Positions 47,856 to 57,141 are shown, counted from the stretch's first letter. The stretch is DNA of 64,000 nucleotides from Candidatus Woesebacteria bacterium GW2011_GWC1_42_9 (GCA_000995185.1 LCET01000001.1:29327-93326), one strand, 5' to 3'. The notes: generated from the sequence alone by a model not told the origin. Numbers and translations: made by a program.

Positions 47856-49459
47856 GAGTTACCACTTCTTAGGATGTGGGAAGGTAGGCCTTGTCCCATC
47901 GAGTGTTCAAACTGCCTCGCAGCAACTGTCTGAATTTCTGGAAGCTGTAGATATTTTCTGGTGGTTCTTTCAGCGTGATCTCGAATCACTACCAACTCTT
48001 GAGGGTTAAGGTGATCGGTCCAAATATAAGCTGTGTAGTCACCAGGAATTCCTTTGTAAAAATTGGTGTCTTTGGCGTAGTTTAACTCGTCGCTCCATAG
48101 CCTGAGTGGTTGATGAGTATGAGGGTCGGCGATGGTATAGACCCAGGCTTTTTTTTCTGGTATGAAGATCGATTCATCATAATATGGTGTTCCGGGGTAT
48201 TGAGTTATAATTGTCCAATCTATTTCGTCTCCATGTTTAAGGTTATTTACTACCCAATCTATCGATTCTTCAACCGTTTGCGATGATTCTCCGGGATGGC
48301 CAATTGACATGAGGGCTTTGAATCGTAGTCCCGCCTGATGGGCAAGATTGACGCACCTGGCATTTGTTTCGCGGCTAGTACCCTTGTTCATCGCTCTAAG
48401 CATTTGGTCCGATCCTGATTCCACTCCGCTAAGTACGACCCTAAATCCGGCTTTATACATTAATTCTGCCTGTTCAGAGGTGAAGAGTTCTGCTTTAATA
48501 AAGCCTCGAAAACGCATTTCGATACCTAATTCCTTCTGCATCTTGATTAACCCAAGACAAAGGTTTTCAAGGGTGCCTGGGTTAATATTTAGCTCATCAT
48601 CATAAAACATCACCCCTCGGAGGGGCTCTGCCCAGTTTTTTGATCCGATTATAACCTGTCTGATTTCATCAATTGTATTGCCAATTTCTCTCTGTCTGGC
48701 CATGCGGAAAACTTGTGATTTTCGGCCGCCGCAGAATCCACATCCAAAGGGGCAACCAAGCTGGGAGATAACACTAAAAGTACGATACCGTTGGCCTTGA
48801 TCAGTAATATAATATTTATAACTTTCGTGGTCGATAAGATGTCGTGCTGGCCAGGCATATTGGTCAAGTGTACCCTTGGCAAGAAAAAGTGGTGATTTGT
48901 TATTGCCCGCGTCAACGATATTATCAAGATAATCGGGATCTATAGCATAAAAAATAGCAGCTTCACCATCTCCGACAACAATCTTGTCGACGTATTTGGT
49001 AAGTTGTTCAAAAGCGCGTGTACCTCTTCGTGGAGCACCAAATTTTATGTCCTCCTTCATGGCTGTATGGGTGAGAGTGGCGTGCGGACCGCCAAGAATG
49101 ATATGTGATTCAGGGGAAATTGTTTTAATTCGTTCGGCAATTTGCATTGTAGCTGGGATTTGCGGGGTGGTTGCGGTAATTCCAAAGACATGTCTTCCAT
49201 TTTGAGAGACATATTGATCGATAATATCCAGGTAATTTTGATGTCCGGAAAGGTCGAGGACCTTGATAGGATTCCCATTTCTTTCTAATTCAGCAGCAAT
49301 TTTAAGTGCGCCGAGAAAAGGGAAAACGCGTTCATCTGCCAAGAAAGTGGAGGGAGGGATGATAATACAAACTGGAATATCTCTAACTTTATCTTTTTGG
49401 GACTCCAGACTGGGGAATTTTTCAGGGCCTAGGTACACTAATCGTTCATTCACAGACAT
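47852..49459 (-). CDS. B12-binding radical SAM enzyme (class B radical SAM, candidate methyltransferase)
   Basis: Cys triad 'CPFGCGFCGG' (CxxxCxxC). The N-terminal 130 aa, 'PVCIIIPPSTF...IAAELERNG', have cobalamin-binding-domain character. Confidence 0.75.
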   Translation of the reverse strand: MSVNERLVYLGPEKFPSLESQKDKVRDIPVCIIIPPSTFLADERVFPFLGALKIAAELERNGNPIKVLDLSGHQNYLDIIDQYVSQNGRHVFGITATTPQIPATMQIAERIKTISPESHIILGGPHATLTHTAMKEDIKFGAPRRGTRAFEQLTKYVDKIVVGDGEAAIFYAIDPDYLDNIVDAGNNKSPLFLAKGTLDQYAWPARHLIDHESYKYYITDQGQRYRTFSVISQLGCPFGCGFCGGRKSQVFRMARQREIGNTIDEIRQVIIGSKNWAEPLRGVMFYDDELNINPGTLENLCLGLIKMQKELGIEMRFRGFIKAELFTSEQAELMYKAGFRVVLSGVESGSDQMLRAMNKGTSRETNARCVNLAHQAGLRFKALMSIGHPGESSQTVEESIDWVVNNLKHGDEIDWTIITQYPGTPYYDESIFIPEKKAWVYTIADPHTHQPLRLWSDELNYAKDTNFYKGIPGDYTAYIWTDHLNPQELVVIRDHAERTTRKYLQLPEIQTVAARQFEHSMGQGLPSHILRSGNS

Positions 49460-49546
49460 GTGTATTTTATAGCCTTAACCACTCTATGTATGAGGCTAAT
49501 AAATTTACTGTGGAGTGTCAATAACTAAAATTTTTTTTACAGTAAA

Positions 49547-50329
49547 CTACTTTATTATGGATTTTTTGAAGAATGCGGTATTTGCACGGACATAGCCTTT
49601 AGGCGTGCCGGTGTCATAAGTATGTCCGATAATTTTGATCCCATAAACATTTTGGCGAGCTTCAAGGGCGGCATGAAGAGCGTCGACATCGGTGATTTCA
49701 GTTTTAATTCTATTTTTTAACAAACTTTTTATGATTGGAAAAATTTTTGTGGTAAAAATGAAACGTCCAGACATCCTGATTTTATTATTTTTGTGGTGTG
49801 GTTTTTTGCTTGAGACTTTCGAACAAAAATGTCTAATAATTAACTTGTCGAACTTTTTTTGTGTGAGGCATTCGCCGTAGAGATCTAGGTTTTCAGGAGG
49901 AAACTTATCAAAAGAGATATAGTGAGATTTTTCTTTTAGGTAGACATTAATGAGCTGTTTTAATGCGGGTTTTTTGGAAATTATCGGGAGGTCAGGAAGG
50001 GAAACACAGAAAACGTCTTTCTTTATTAAGTTACGACAACACCAAATAGCATGAGCGATTCCCTTTGGACTTTTTTGATAAACGAATGTGTATTGTATAT
50101 TTACATGGTGCTTCTTTGTATTCACCAAATATTTTTTGATAAGTTCTTTCTGCTTATTGATTACAATGATTATGTTTTTGCATCCTGAGTAAATTGCCTC
50201 ATCAACTGTCCACTCAATCACAGGCTTATCTATAAGAGGAAGCATTTCCTTTGGGAGATATCCGGAGATTGGGGCCCATCGGGAACCTCTTCCAGCAGCA
50301 GGGATGATGCAATAATCAATTTTCCCCAA
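49547..50329 (-). CDS. sugar-1-phosphate nucleotidylyltransferase (GalU-like UTP-glucose-1-phosphate uridylyltransferase)
   Basis: 'CIIPAAGRGSRWAPISGYLPKEMLPLIDKPVIEW' matches the GalU-type signature G-x-G-T-R-x-L-P-x-T-K-x-x-P-K-E-M-L-P. Confidence 0.7.
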   Translation of the reverse strand: MGKIDYCIIPAAGRGSRWAPISGYLPKEMLPLIDKPVIEWTVDEAIYSGCKNIIIVINKQKELIKKYLVNTKKHHVNIQYTFVYQKSPKGIAHAIWCCRNLIKKDVFCVSLPDLPIISKKPALKQLINVYLKEKSHYISFDKFPPENLDLYGECLTQKKFDKLIIRHFCSKVSSKKPHHKNNKIRMSGRFIFTTKIFPIIKSLLKNRIKTEITDVDALHAALEARQNVYGIKIIGHTYDTGTPKGYVRANTAFFKKSIIK

Positions 50330-50333
50330 CGAA

Positions 50334-51062
50334 CTATTTAAACTTTATTTCATACCATAGCTGGAGTGCACTTTGAAAAGTTTGTCGAACGACTTTGAGT
50401 TTTGCGTTCTTGACTTCACCCGCAATTCTAGGATGATAATAACTTGGAGCCTCGATTATCTTGTATTTCTTTTGTTTGAAACGGACAAGAATTTCGGTTA
50501 GAAGGAAGATGCCTCCAGTGTAACGCATGGGAATTCGCTTGATTTTGCTTGTTCGCCATATATTGACCCAGCCAACATCCATGTATTTGATGTCAAAAAG
50601 TAGTAGTAGTAGGAGGAGATATCCGTACGAAAAGAAAATGCGTCGAGTGGCATAGTCTGACCGGCCCCCGCGGTAGCCAAGGACAAGATCTGCACCTTTC
50701 ATAACTTCAAAGCAATGACGCATATCATCGACTAAAAACTGACCATCAGCAGGCATGTAAGCAACAAATTCTTTTTTACTGGCTTTAATGCCTGCAAGCA
50801 TTGCTTGGCTATAGCCGCCATTTGATTGGTGGATGACACGTACACTTTTATTTCTTTTAGCGATTTGATCAGCTATTTTTCCTGTCTTATCAGTGCTGCC
50901 GTCATTAACAACTATTATTTCGTAATCTTTAAAATAATTTGGGAGGGATTTAAGAGTATTTTTGAGAATTGTCCGAATATTTTCTGCCTCGTTGTATGCA
51001 GGGATGACGACAGCAAGACTTGCTGATATTTTACTCTGTTTCATTTGGCAGAATATTAACAT
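50334..51062 (-). CDS. polyprenol-phosphate sugar synthase-like GT2 (DPM1-like)
   Basis: 'LAVVIPAYNEAENI...IIVVNDGSTDKT', 'YMPADGQF'. The start may be a downstream ATG (MKQSK). Confidence 0.7.
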   Translation of the reverse strand: MLIFCQMKQSKISASLAVVIPAYNEAENIRTILKNTLKSLPNYFKDYEIIVVNDGSTDKTGKIADQIAKRNKSVRVIHQSNGGYSQAMLAGIKASKKEFVAYMPADGQFLVDDMRHCFEVMKGADLVLGYRGGRSDYATRRIFFSYGYLLLLLLLFDIKYMDVGWVNIWRTSKIKRIPMRYTGGIFLLTEILVRFKQKKYKIIEAPSYYHPRIAGEVKNAKLKVVRQTFQSALQLWYEIKFK

Positions 51063-51068
51063 ATTTTA

Positions 51069-51746
51069 GTGAAGGATGTTATTGATAAATATTTGTGGTT
51101 TAATATGTTGGCGATGGATGAGGTTATAAAGCTGTATCAGAAAGACGGCGGTTTTGTAAGAGTGTTTTCAAAAATTAGATTTTGGGACGCTCCGTATAGT
51201 ATTGTCGAAAGAATCGTACCGGAAAAAGGGAACATTGTTGAAATTGGCTGCGGGGAGGGAATATTTACCAATTATTTAGGGATAACTTCTCAAAAGCGAG
51301 ATATTCTAGGGATTGAGATAAATAGGAAAAGACTTGGCAAGGCGAATCGAGGCATTAGAAATGTAAAGTTTAAATATGGGGATGCAACTAAAGTTAAGTT
51401 GCCGAGAGCAGACTCAATTATTTTGTTTCATTTATTGCACCACTTGCTATCTTTCAGTGATCAAGAGAAGGTAATTAGGAAATGTCTTTTGGCGCTCAAG
51501 CCAGGAGGAAAATTAATTATTGTAGAAGTAGATAAGAAGTTTAGTTTAAAGTATTTATTTACTTGGTTGACTGACCATTTTTTTGTGCCCTGGGTATTTG
51601 AAGGACGCTTTTATTCTCCGATTTTTTTTAGGAGTGGGAAAGATTGGTTGAGTGTTTTGAATAATCTGGGGATGAAGTGTAAAGCTAGATCGGCAGAAAA
51701 AGGAATGCCATTTACCCACATTATCATCAGCGGGGTTAAATATTAA
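51069..51746 (+). CDS. class I SAM-dependent methyltransferase
   Basis: 'IVEIGCGEGIFT' and 'LKPGGKLIIVE'. Confidence 0.7.
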   Translation: MKDVIDKYLWFNMLAMDEVIKLYQKDGGFVRVFSKIRFWDAPYSIVERIVPEKGNIVEIGCGEGIFTNYLGITSQKRDILGIEINRKRLGKANRGIRNVKFKYGDATKVKLPRADSIILFHLLHHLLSFSDQEKVIRKCLLALKPGGKLIIVEVDKKFSLKYLFTWLTDHFFVPWVFEGRFYSPIFFRSGKDWLSVLNNLGMKCKARSAEKGMPFTHIIISGVKY

Positions 51747-52484
51747 TTATTTTTTTTGGAGCGTGATCGTAGCGAACATGCTAATTTGTGGGACTTGTGT
51801 GCTGATAAGGTTATCAATTATTCTAATTGGGTTATAGAGAAAGCTTGGGAGAAGTTGTGGGAGTTTGAGCCCGCCTGAGAGTAAATAAAGGAATGGAGTG
51901 TGAAGTCTGATTGAGATTAGTTTTAGACCTGGAAAGATATCATTTAGTTTCTCCTTGTCGCGGTAGAATATAATCCATGGTAATGCTGTATTTGAATCAG
52001 ACATTCTCCCCCTACCACTAGTTTTCCAATTTTTAGTTTTAGGATCATAGTGTTCGTGATGCAGGTATTTATAGACGAATTTCCCCCAGAGTGAATTCCA
52101 AGGCTCGATCATGATGATTTTCCCTTTTGACTTTAATGTACGCTCCATCTCATAAAGTGCTTTTTGAGGATCTTTAATATGATGAAAAACATCAAGCATA
52201 ATGTATGCCGAAATTGAAGAATCCTTATACGGGATTTTGGTGGCGGAAAAAACTTTATCAATACCCGGCCCTTTGATAATGTCAGAAGTAGTGAGATTGC
52301 CAATAACGTCTTTAGTAAAACCACCACCAGATCCAAGTTCGATAATTGGACCTTCAGGGATCCTTTTTGGATTTAATTGGCTATAGAAATTAAGATAAAT
52401 CTGTTTTAAAAAATACTTTTCTAGAATTTTCCGCTTATCAGATGATATGTTTTCTGGATTGTCGATAGTTTTCATTTTAATCAA
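51747..52484 (-). CDS. class I SAM-dependent methyltransferase
   Basis: 'IIELGSGGGFTK' and 'LKSKGKIIMIEPW'. Confidence 0.7.
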   Translation of the reverse strand: MIKMKTIDNPENISSDKRKILEKYFLKQIYLNFYSQLNPKRIPEGPIIELGSGGGFTKDVIGNLTTSDIIKGPGIDKVFSATKIPYKDSSISAYIMLDVFHHIKDPQKALYEMERTLKSKGKIIMIEPWNSLWGKFVYKYLHHEHYDPKTKNWKTSGRGRMSDSNTALPWIIFYRDKEKLNDIFPGLKLISIRLHTPFLYLLSGGLKLPQLLPSFLYNPIRIIDNLISTQVPQISMFATITLQKK

Positions 52485-52509
52485 ATGGTAATATATCGAG
52501 ACATAAAAA

Positions 52510-53787
52510 ATGAGACATAGTTATTATTTTGAGAAAAATTTAAAAACCTTAGAGTTTTTACTTCCCAAAAATTGTAAGGTATTAGTTAACGGCGAACAAG
52601 GGGGTTTCATTTCTCGAAAATTGAAACATGTTCGGCCCGATCTAACGGTTGATACCACTGATAGAAAGATGAGTGGAAAGTATGATTATATTTTTTTATA
52701 TGGACAGCTTGGGAAGAGCGAGAACATAATGCAGTTGCTATATGAGACAAAAAAATTAGCGAAACCTACTTCAAGGGTGATTATCTATCAGCACAATCAT
52801 CTTTGGCAAGGAATATTAACATTATTGGAACAATTAGGAGCGAAAAGGAAAGAAGGGATTTTTAATTGGTTGTCTGTCGGAGATGTCAAATCATACACGA
52901 GCGCTTCAGGGATAGAAGTGACGAGAATTTATAGGAGAACTTTGATCCCAGTTGAGTTGTTTGGGTTGGGGAAATTAGTTAATAAATTGGCTGTTATCCT
53001 TCCGTTTTTTGATTTTTTAAAACTCGATCAATATCTTGTTTGTAGGGTGATTATGCCGGAGACGAAGTCGATGGGTTTAACGATTTGTATTACAGTTCGC
53101 AATGAGAAAGAAAACATTGAACCGATTGTTAAATCATTGCCAATCTTGACCGAAAATCAGGAAATATTATTTGTTGAGGGAAACTCGACTGACGGGACAA
53201 GAGAGGAGATTAGGCGTGTCTTGAGAAAATATCCAAGAAAAAGTGTGCGTGTAATTGGTCAGCCTGGGAAGGGCCAGGGAGACGCGATCAGAGTAGGTTT
53301 TAAACACGCCGCGTACGAGGCGGTTGTGTTATATGAAGGGGATGGAACTTCCGATCCTGATGACGTTAGATTTTACTTTGACGCACTTCGTAGTGGCCAA
53401 GCAGAATTTATTGAGGGAAGTCGATTTGTTTATCCTAGAGAGCGTGAGGCAATGCCGTTTGTAAAACAAGTTGGAAATATCTTTTTTGCTGTTTGGTTTA
53501 GTTTCTTTTTGGGGCAGAGAACCACAGATGTATTAAGCGGTATAAAGGCAATAAGAAAAGATCTTTATTTAAGGATTTACGACAATTGGGGATATTTGGG
53601 AGTATCTGATCCTTTTGGGGATTTTGAACTTCTCTTTGGCGCTGCCAGGTGGGGTTTGAAATTTGGTGAGATTCCTATGAGATATTATCCAAGACAATAT
53701 GGTCGTCCCAAAACCAATGTGTTAACACATGGCCCCGTGCTGTTAAAAATGGCAGTGATTGGGCATTGGGTATTTCGTGGTAATTAA
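52510..53787 (+). CDS. two-domain protein: N-terminal Rossmann-like (degenerate methyltransferase-like) domain fused to a DPM1-like GT2 domain
   Basis: The C-terminal half carries 'LTICITVRNEKENI...FVEGNSTDGT' and 'YEGDGTSDPDD'. The N-terminal 190 aa form an alpha/beta-like domain without a clear GxGxG motif. Confidence 0.6.
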   Translation: MRHSYYFEKNLKTLEFLLPKNCKVLVNGEQGGFISRKLKHVRPDLTVDTTDRKMSGKYDYIFLYGQLGKSENIMQLLYETKKLAKPTSRVIIYQHNHLWQGILTLLEQLGAKRKEGIFNWLSVGDVKSYTSASGIEVTRIYRRTLIPVELFGLGKLVNKLAVILPFFDFLKLDQYLVCRVIMPETKSMGLTICITVRNEKENIEPIVKSLPILTENQEILFVEGNSTDGTREEIRRVLRKYPRKSVRVIGQPGKGQGDAIRVGFKHAAYEAVVLYEGDGTSDPDDVRFYFDALRSGQAEFIEGSRFVYPREREAMPFVKQVGNIFFAVWFSFFLGQRTTDVLSGIKAIRKDLYLRIYDNWGYLGVSDPFGDFELLFGAARWGLKFGEIPMRYYPRQYGRPKTNVLTHGPVLLKMAVIGHWVFRGN

Positions 53788-53812
53788 TTCCTTGACGGCG
53801 GACTTATAATGT

Positions 53813-55684
53813 ATGAATATGAAGATACCTCAAATTGAACCATATATAGGGAATGAGGAATATAGAGAGTTGAAGTCTTGCTTTGATAATAAATGGGTGA
53901 CTGAGGGACCAAAGACCCAAGAGTTTCAAAAAGAATTGTTAAAGTTAATTGGAGCAAAGTATGGTGTCTTTGCGCCCAATGGCACTTTGGCCTTGTATCT
54001 GGCTCTAAAGGCGATTGGCGTTGGAGAAGGCCATGAAGTAATAGTCCCCGATTTTACATTTATTGCTTCAGCGACATCAGTGATTATGGCAGGTGCAAAG
54101 CCTGTATTTATAGATGTTAACCGGAAAAATTTTCAGATTGATGTAAATTTAGCACAGAGTTTGATTAACAAGAGGACCAGAGCAATAATGCCCGTACACA
54201 TGTATGGAACGATGTGTGAGATGGGTCCGATAATGGACTTTGCGAATACTAATAAATTAAAGGTAATAGAAGATGCAGCGCAAGCAGTTGGAGTTAAATA
54301 CAGAGGAAAGCATGCGGGAACATGGGGGGACATAGGTTGCTTTTCTTTTTTTGCTGACAAAACCATTACAATTGGCGAGGGCGGCTTCATTGTCACCAAT
54401 AGTGAGAGTGTATATGATAAATTACTTTATTTAAGGAACCAAGGGAGGAAAGATAGAGGGACTTTTATCCATCCAGAGATAGGTTATAATTTTAGGATTA
54501 CTGATTTCCAGAGCGCTGTCGGACTTGCACAACTCAGAAAACTTCCTCGAATAATTCAGCTTAAAAAGGAGATTTTATCTTATTACTTGAGAAATTTATC
54601 ACACATAGAGGGAGTAAAGATATTTGAGCCGTTTGTTGGTTATGATTGGATCCCATTTCGTGTAGGTATTATGGTGGACAATGCTGATATGTTAATGGAG
54701 TATATGGAAAGTAAGGGGATTCAAACTAGAGGTTTTTTTTACCCATTACACAAACAACCGGCATTTAAAAGCATCGTCGGTTATCAGGAAAATGATGTGT
54801 CTTTTCCCAATTCATCCTGGGGTTACAAAAGTGGAGTCTGCCTTCCCACATATCCGACACTAAGTAAAGATGAAATCAGATATATATGTAAGACAATTAA
54901 AGATTTTGTTCACAGCCAAAGAAGTATGTTTTATAAATATTATGATTTGATGTATTCGGAAAAAAATTATGAAAAAGAAACCGATTTTGTCTTCAAAGTA
55001 GTAGGTCTTGGAGACAGTGGAAAAACAAAAAAAATAAAAGTACTCGAAATAGGCTGTGGGACCGGAAACCACACCAGAAAAATACTTGACAGAAAAAAAG
55101 TTGGAAAGTTGATAGCGATTGATATCGATGAAAAAATGATTAATCTGGCAAAAAAGAAACTCGGAGGAGAAAAAAAACTATCGATTTATTGCAGTGAAGT
55201 ATCTGCTCTTGGTGAAAAGGAATTTGACTTAGCATTGGCTTTATTTAATGTTGTTACCTATATTTCAAAGGAAAGTGAGTTAGAAGAATTTTTCAAGGCT
55301 ATTTACGAAAGGTTAAAGAGTGGGGGGTATTTTGTCTTTGATGCATGGAATGGTGTGGCGGCCATAAAATATCCACCAAAAAAGAAGAAAACTATTTATA
55401 AGATTAGTAAGGGCTTTCTTGAAGTAAGTATTTTACCCCAAGTTAATATCTTGGACCAGAAGGTTGATTTGAATTATCAAATGAGGAAATCATTTAATGG
55501 TGCGGAGAAGAAATCAAACTATATTATTAATCAATATCTTTGGACACCAAACCAATTGAGGAATATATACCAAAAAGTTGGGTTTGAACAGAAGGCTATC
55601 AGGTCTATGGACGAACCAGATCACGAGGCAACTAAAGATGACTGGAAAATAATCTACGTATTGGTTAAACGTTCAGAAAAATAA
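53813..55684 (+). CDS. fusion of DegT/DnrJ/EryC1-family PLP sugar aminotransferase (N-terminal) and class I SAM methyltransferase (C-terminal)
   Basis: The N-terminal 380 aa carry 'GHEVIVPDFTFIASATSVIMAGAKPVFIDV', 'IEDAAQAVGVKYRGKHAGTWGDIGCFSFFADKTITIGEGG' (PLP-lysine region) and 'LRNQGR'. The C-terminal domain carries 'VLEIGCGTGNHT' and 'LKSGGYFVFDAWNG'. Confidence 0.75.
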   Translation: MNMKIPQIEPYIGNEEYRELKSCFDNKWVTEGPKTQEFQKELLKLIGAKYGVFAPNGTLALYLALKAIGVGEGHEVIVPDFTFIASATSVIMAGAKPVFIDVNRKNFQIDVNLAQSLINKRTRAIMPVHMYGTMCEMGPIMDFANTNKLKVIEDAAQAVGVKYRGKHAGTWGDIGCFSFFADKTITIGEGGFIVTNSESVYDKLLYLRNQGRKDRGTFIHPEIGYNFRITDFQSAVGLAQLRKLPRIIQLKKEILSYYLRNLSHIEGVKIFEPFVGYDWIPFRVGIMVDNADMLMEYMESKGIQTRGFFYPLHKQPAFKSIVGYQENDVSFPNSSWGYKSGVCLPTYPTLSKDEIRYICKTIKDFVHSQRSMFYKYYDLMYSEKNYEKETDFVFKVVGLGDSGKTKKIKVLEIGCGTGNHTRKILDRKKVGKLIAIDIDEKMINLAKKKLGGEKKLSIYCSEVSALGEKEFDLALALFNVVTYISKESELEEFFKAIYERLKSGGYFVFDAWNGVAAIKYPPKKKKTIYKISKGFLEVSILPQVNILDQKVDLNYQMRKSFNGAEKKSNYIINQYLWTPNQLRNIYQKVGFEQKAIRSMDEPDHEATKDDWKIIYVLVKRSEK

Positions 55685-56065
55685 CTTATCTTCTTTGTAT
55701 GGTCCGTTTTTTAGTTCCAATATTTTTGTGTCTTCAAGAATTTTGAATTCGTGTCCGCCAGATAGGGTGAGAAGTGCTTCTCCTGAAGTTAGGGTAACTG
55801 ATCGGATAAATATTTGTTTATCGGAATACAATTTAATTTTTATTTTACCGGAAATGACTATGAAACACTCCTGAAGAATGCTTGTAGTTCGTTTTGTCGG
55901 TTTGTGTTGGTGTCTTTTGAGAGTAGATCCTTTTTTGTGATTCAATGTCAAAAGGCCTAACGCTTCTTCACCTTTGCCTAAGCCGGTGTGTGGCACTGAG
56001 CCCTCTGGGTATTCACCATTTATAATAATGGCAATGGCTTTTTTGCCATCGAAAACCGTTTTCAC
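55673..56065 (-). CDS. small cupin-fold protein, possible nucleotide-sugar 3,4-ketoisomerase (FdtA/WxcM-like) or epimerase
   Basis: 130 aa with beta-rich '[28 protein letters not shown]' (a His-containing cupin core). It overlaps gmd by 4 nt and lies next to the aminotransferase gene. Confidence 0.4.
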   Translation of the reverse strand: MKTVFDGKKAIAIIINGEYPEGSVPHTGLGKGEEALGLLTLNHKKGSTLKRHQHKPTKRTTSILQECFIVISGKIKIKLYSDKQIFIRSVTLTSGEALLTLSGGHEFKILEDTKILELKNGPYKEDKLFF

Positions 56066-57141
56066 TTTAGGTTGATTTTACCATGTTGAACTTCCACCTT
56101 GAAACCAGTTTTTGATTCCTTTTTAGCGAGGTCATAATCGTGTTTTGTCATTAAAGTAGCAAGAGCACTAAAAGTTACCTTTGGTTTCCATCCGAGGATT
56201 TCCCGAGCTTTTGAAGAATCACCTATAAGAATATCAACTTCAGATGGTCTAAAATAGACAGGGTCGATTTCGATGACTGTCTTATTTGTGTTTTTATCGA
56301 TACCTTTCTCATCTACACCTTTCCCTTTCCAAATAATATCCATATCAAGATTTTTTCCGACTTCTTGTACAAATTCCCGCACGGTATGTGTTTCACCAGT
56401 CGCGATTACAAAATCATCCGGCTCATGATGTTGGAGGATACTCCAAATCGCGTTTACGTAATCCTTGGCATATCCCCAGTCTCTTTTGGCATCGAGATTT
56501 CCAAGCTTAAGCACTTCTTGGACGCCGTGTTTAACTCGCGAGAGACCGAGCGTGATCTTCCTAGTTACAAATGTGTAGCCCCGCCGCGGGGACTCGTGAT
56601 TAAATAATATTCCATTTGAAGCAAATAATCCGTAACTATTACGGTACACTTTGGTGATATAAAAGGCAAAAGTTTTTGACACACCATATGGAGATTGCGG
56701 GTTAAATGGAGTAGTTTCTCTTTGAGGGGTTTCAAGGACTTTGCCAAACATTTCGGAGGAACTTGCTTGGTAATATTTGGATGGAATTTTGAGATCACGA
56801 ATTGCATCTAGTAGTCTCAGTGCGCCCAGACCATTCACTTCCGCAGTGTATTCGGGAACATCAAAACTTACTTTTACATGGCTTTGAGCGCCGAGGTTAT
56901 ATATTTCATCAGGATCGATTTTAGAAATTATGCGGCTCAGATTAGAACTTTCTGAAAGATCGCCGTATAAAGTGGAAAATTGTGGGTATTGGGGATTGTC
57001 AAAGATGTGATCTATTCGATAGGTATTACTTAAGCTGCTTCGCCTTTGTATGGCATATACTTCGTACCCTTTTTCCAAAAGAAGCTCGGCGAGGTATGAA
57101 CCATCCTGACCTGTGACTCCGGTGACTAAAGCTCTTTTCAT
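56062..57141 (-). CDS. gmd: GDP-mannose 4,6-dehydratase
   Basis: It is near-collinear with E. coli Gmd: '[25 protein letters not shown]', '[14 protein letters not shown]', '[35 protein letters not shown]', '[20 protein letters not shown]', '[13 protein letters not shown]'. Confidence 0.93.
   Translation of the reverse strand: MKRALVTGVTGQDGSYLAELLLEKGYEVYAIQRRSSLSNTYRIDHIFDNPQYPQFSTLYGDLSESSNLSRIISKIDPDEIYNLGAQSHVKVSFDVPEYTAEVNGLGALRLLDAIRDLKIPSKYYQASSSEMFGKVLETPQRETTPFNPQSPYGVSKTFAFYITKVYRNSYGLFASNGILFNHESPRRGYTFVTRKITLGLSRVKHGVQEVLKLGNLDAKRDWGYAKDYVNAIWSILQHHEPDDFVIATGETHTVREFVQEVGKNLDMDIIWKGKGVDEKGIDKNTNKTVIEIDPVYFRPSEVDILIGDSSKAREILGWKPKVTFSALATLMTKHDYDLAKKESKTGFKVEVQHGKINLK

Noticed and set aside
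55673-56065. Calling the small cupin as the dTDP-4-dehydrorhamnose 3,5-epimerase rmlC
   Set aside because: At 130 aa it is shorter than RmlC (about 180 aa). I could not match RmlC catalytic His/Lys/Tyr motifs by eye. It is kept as a generic cupin, possibly a ketoisomerase.
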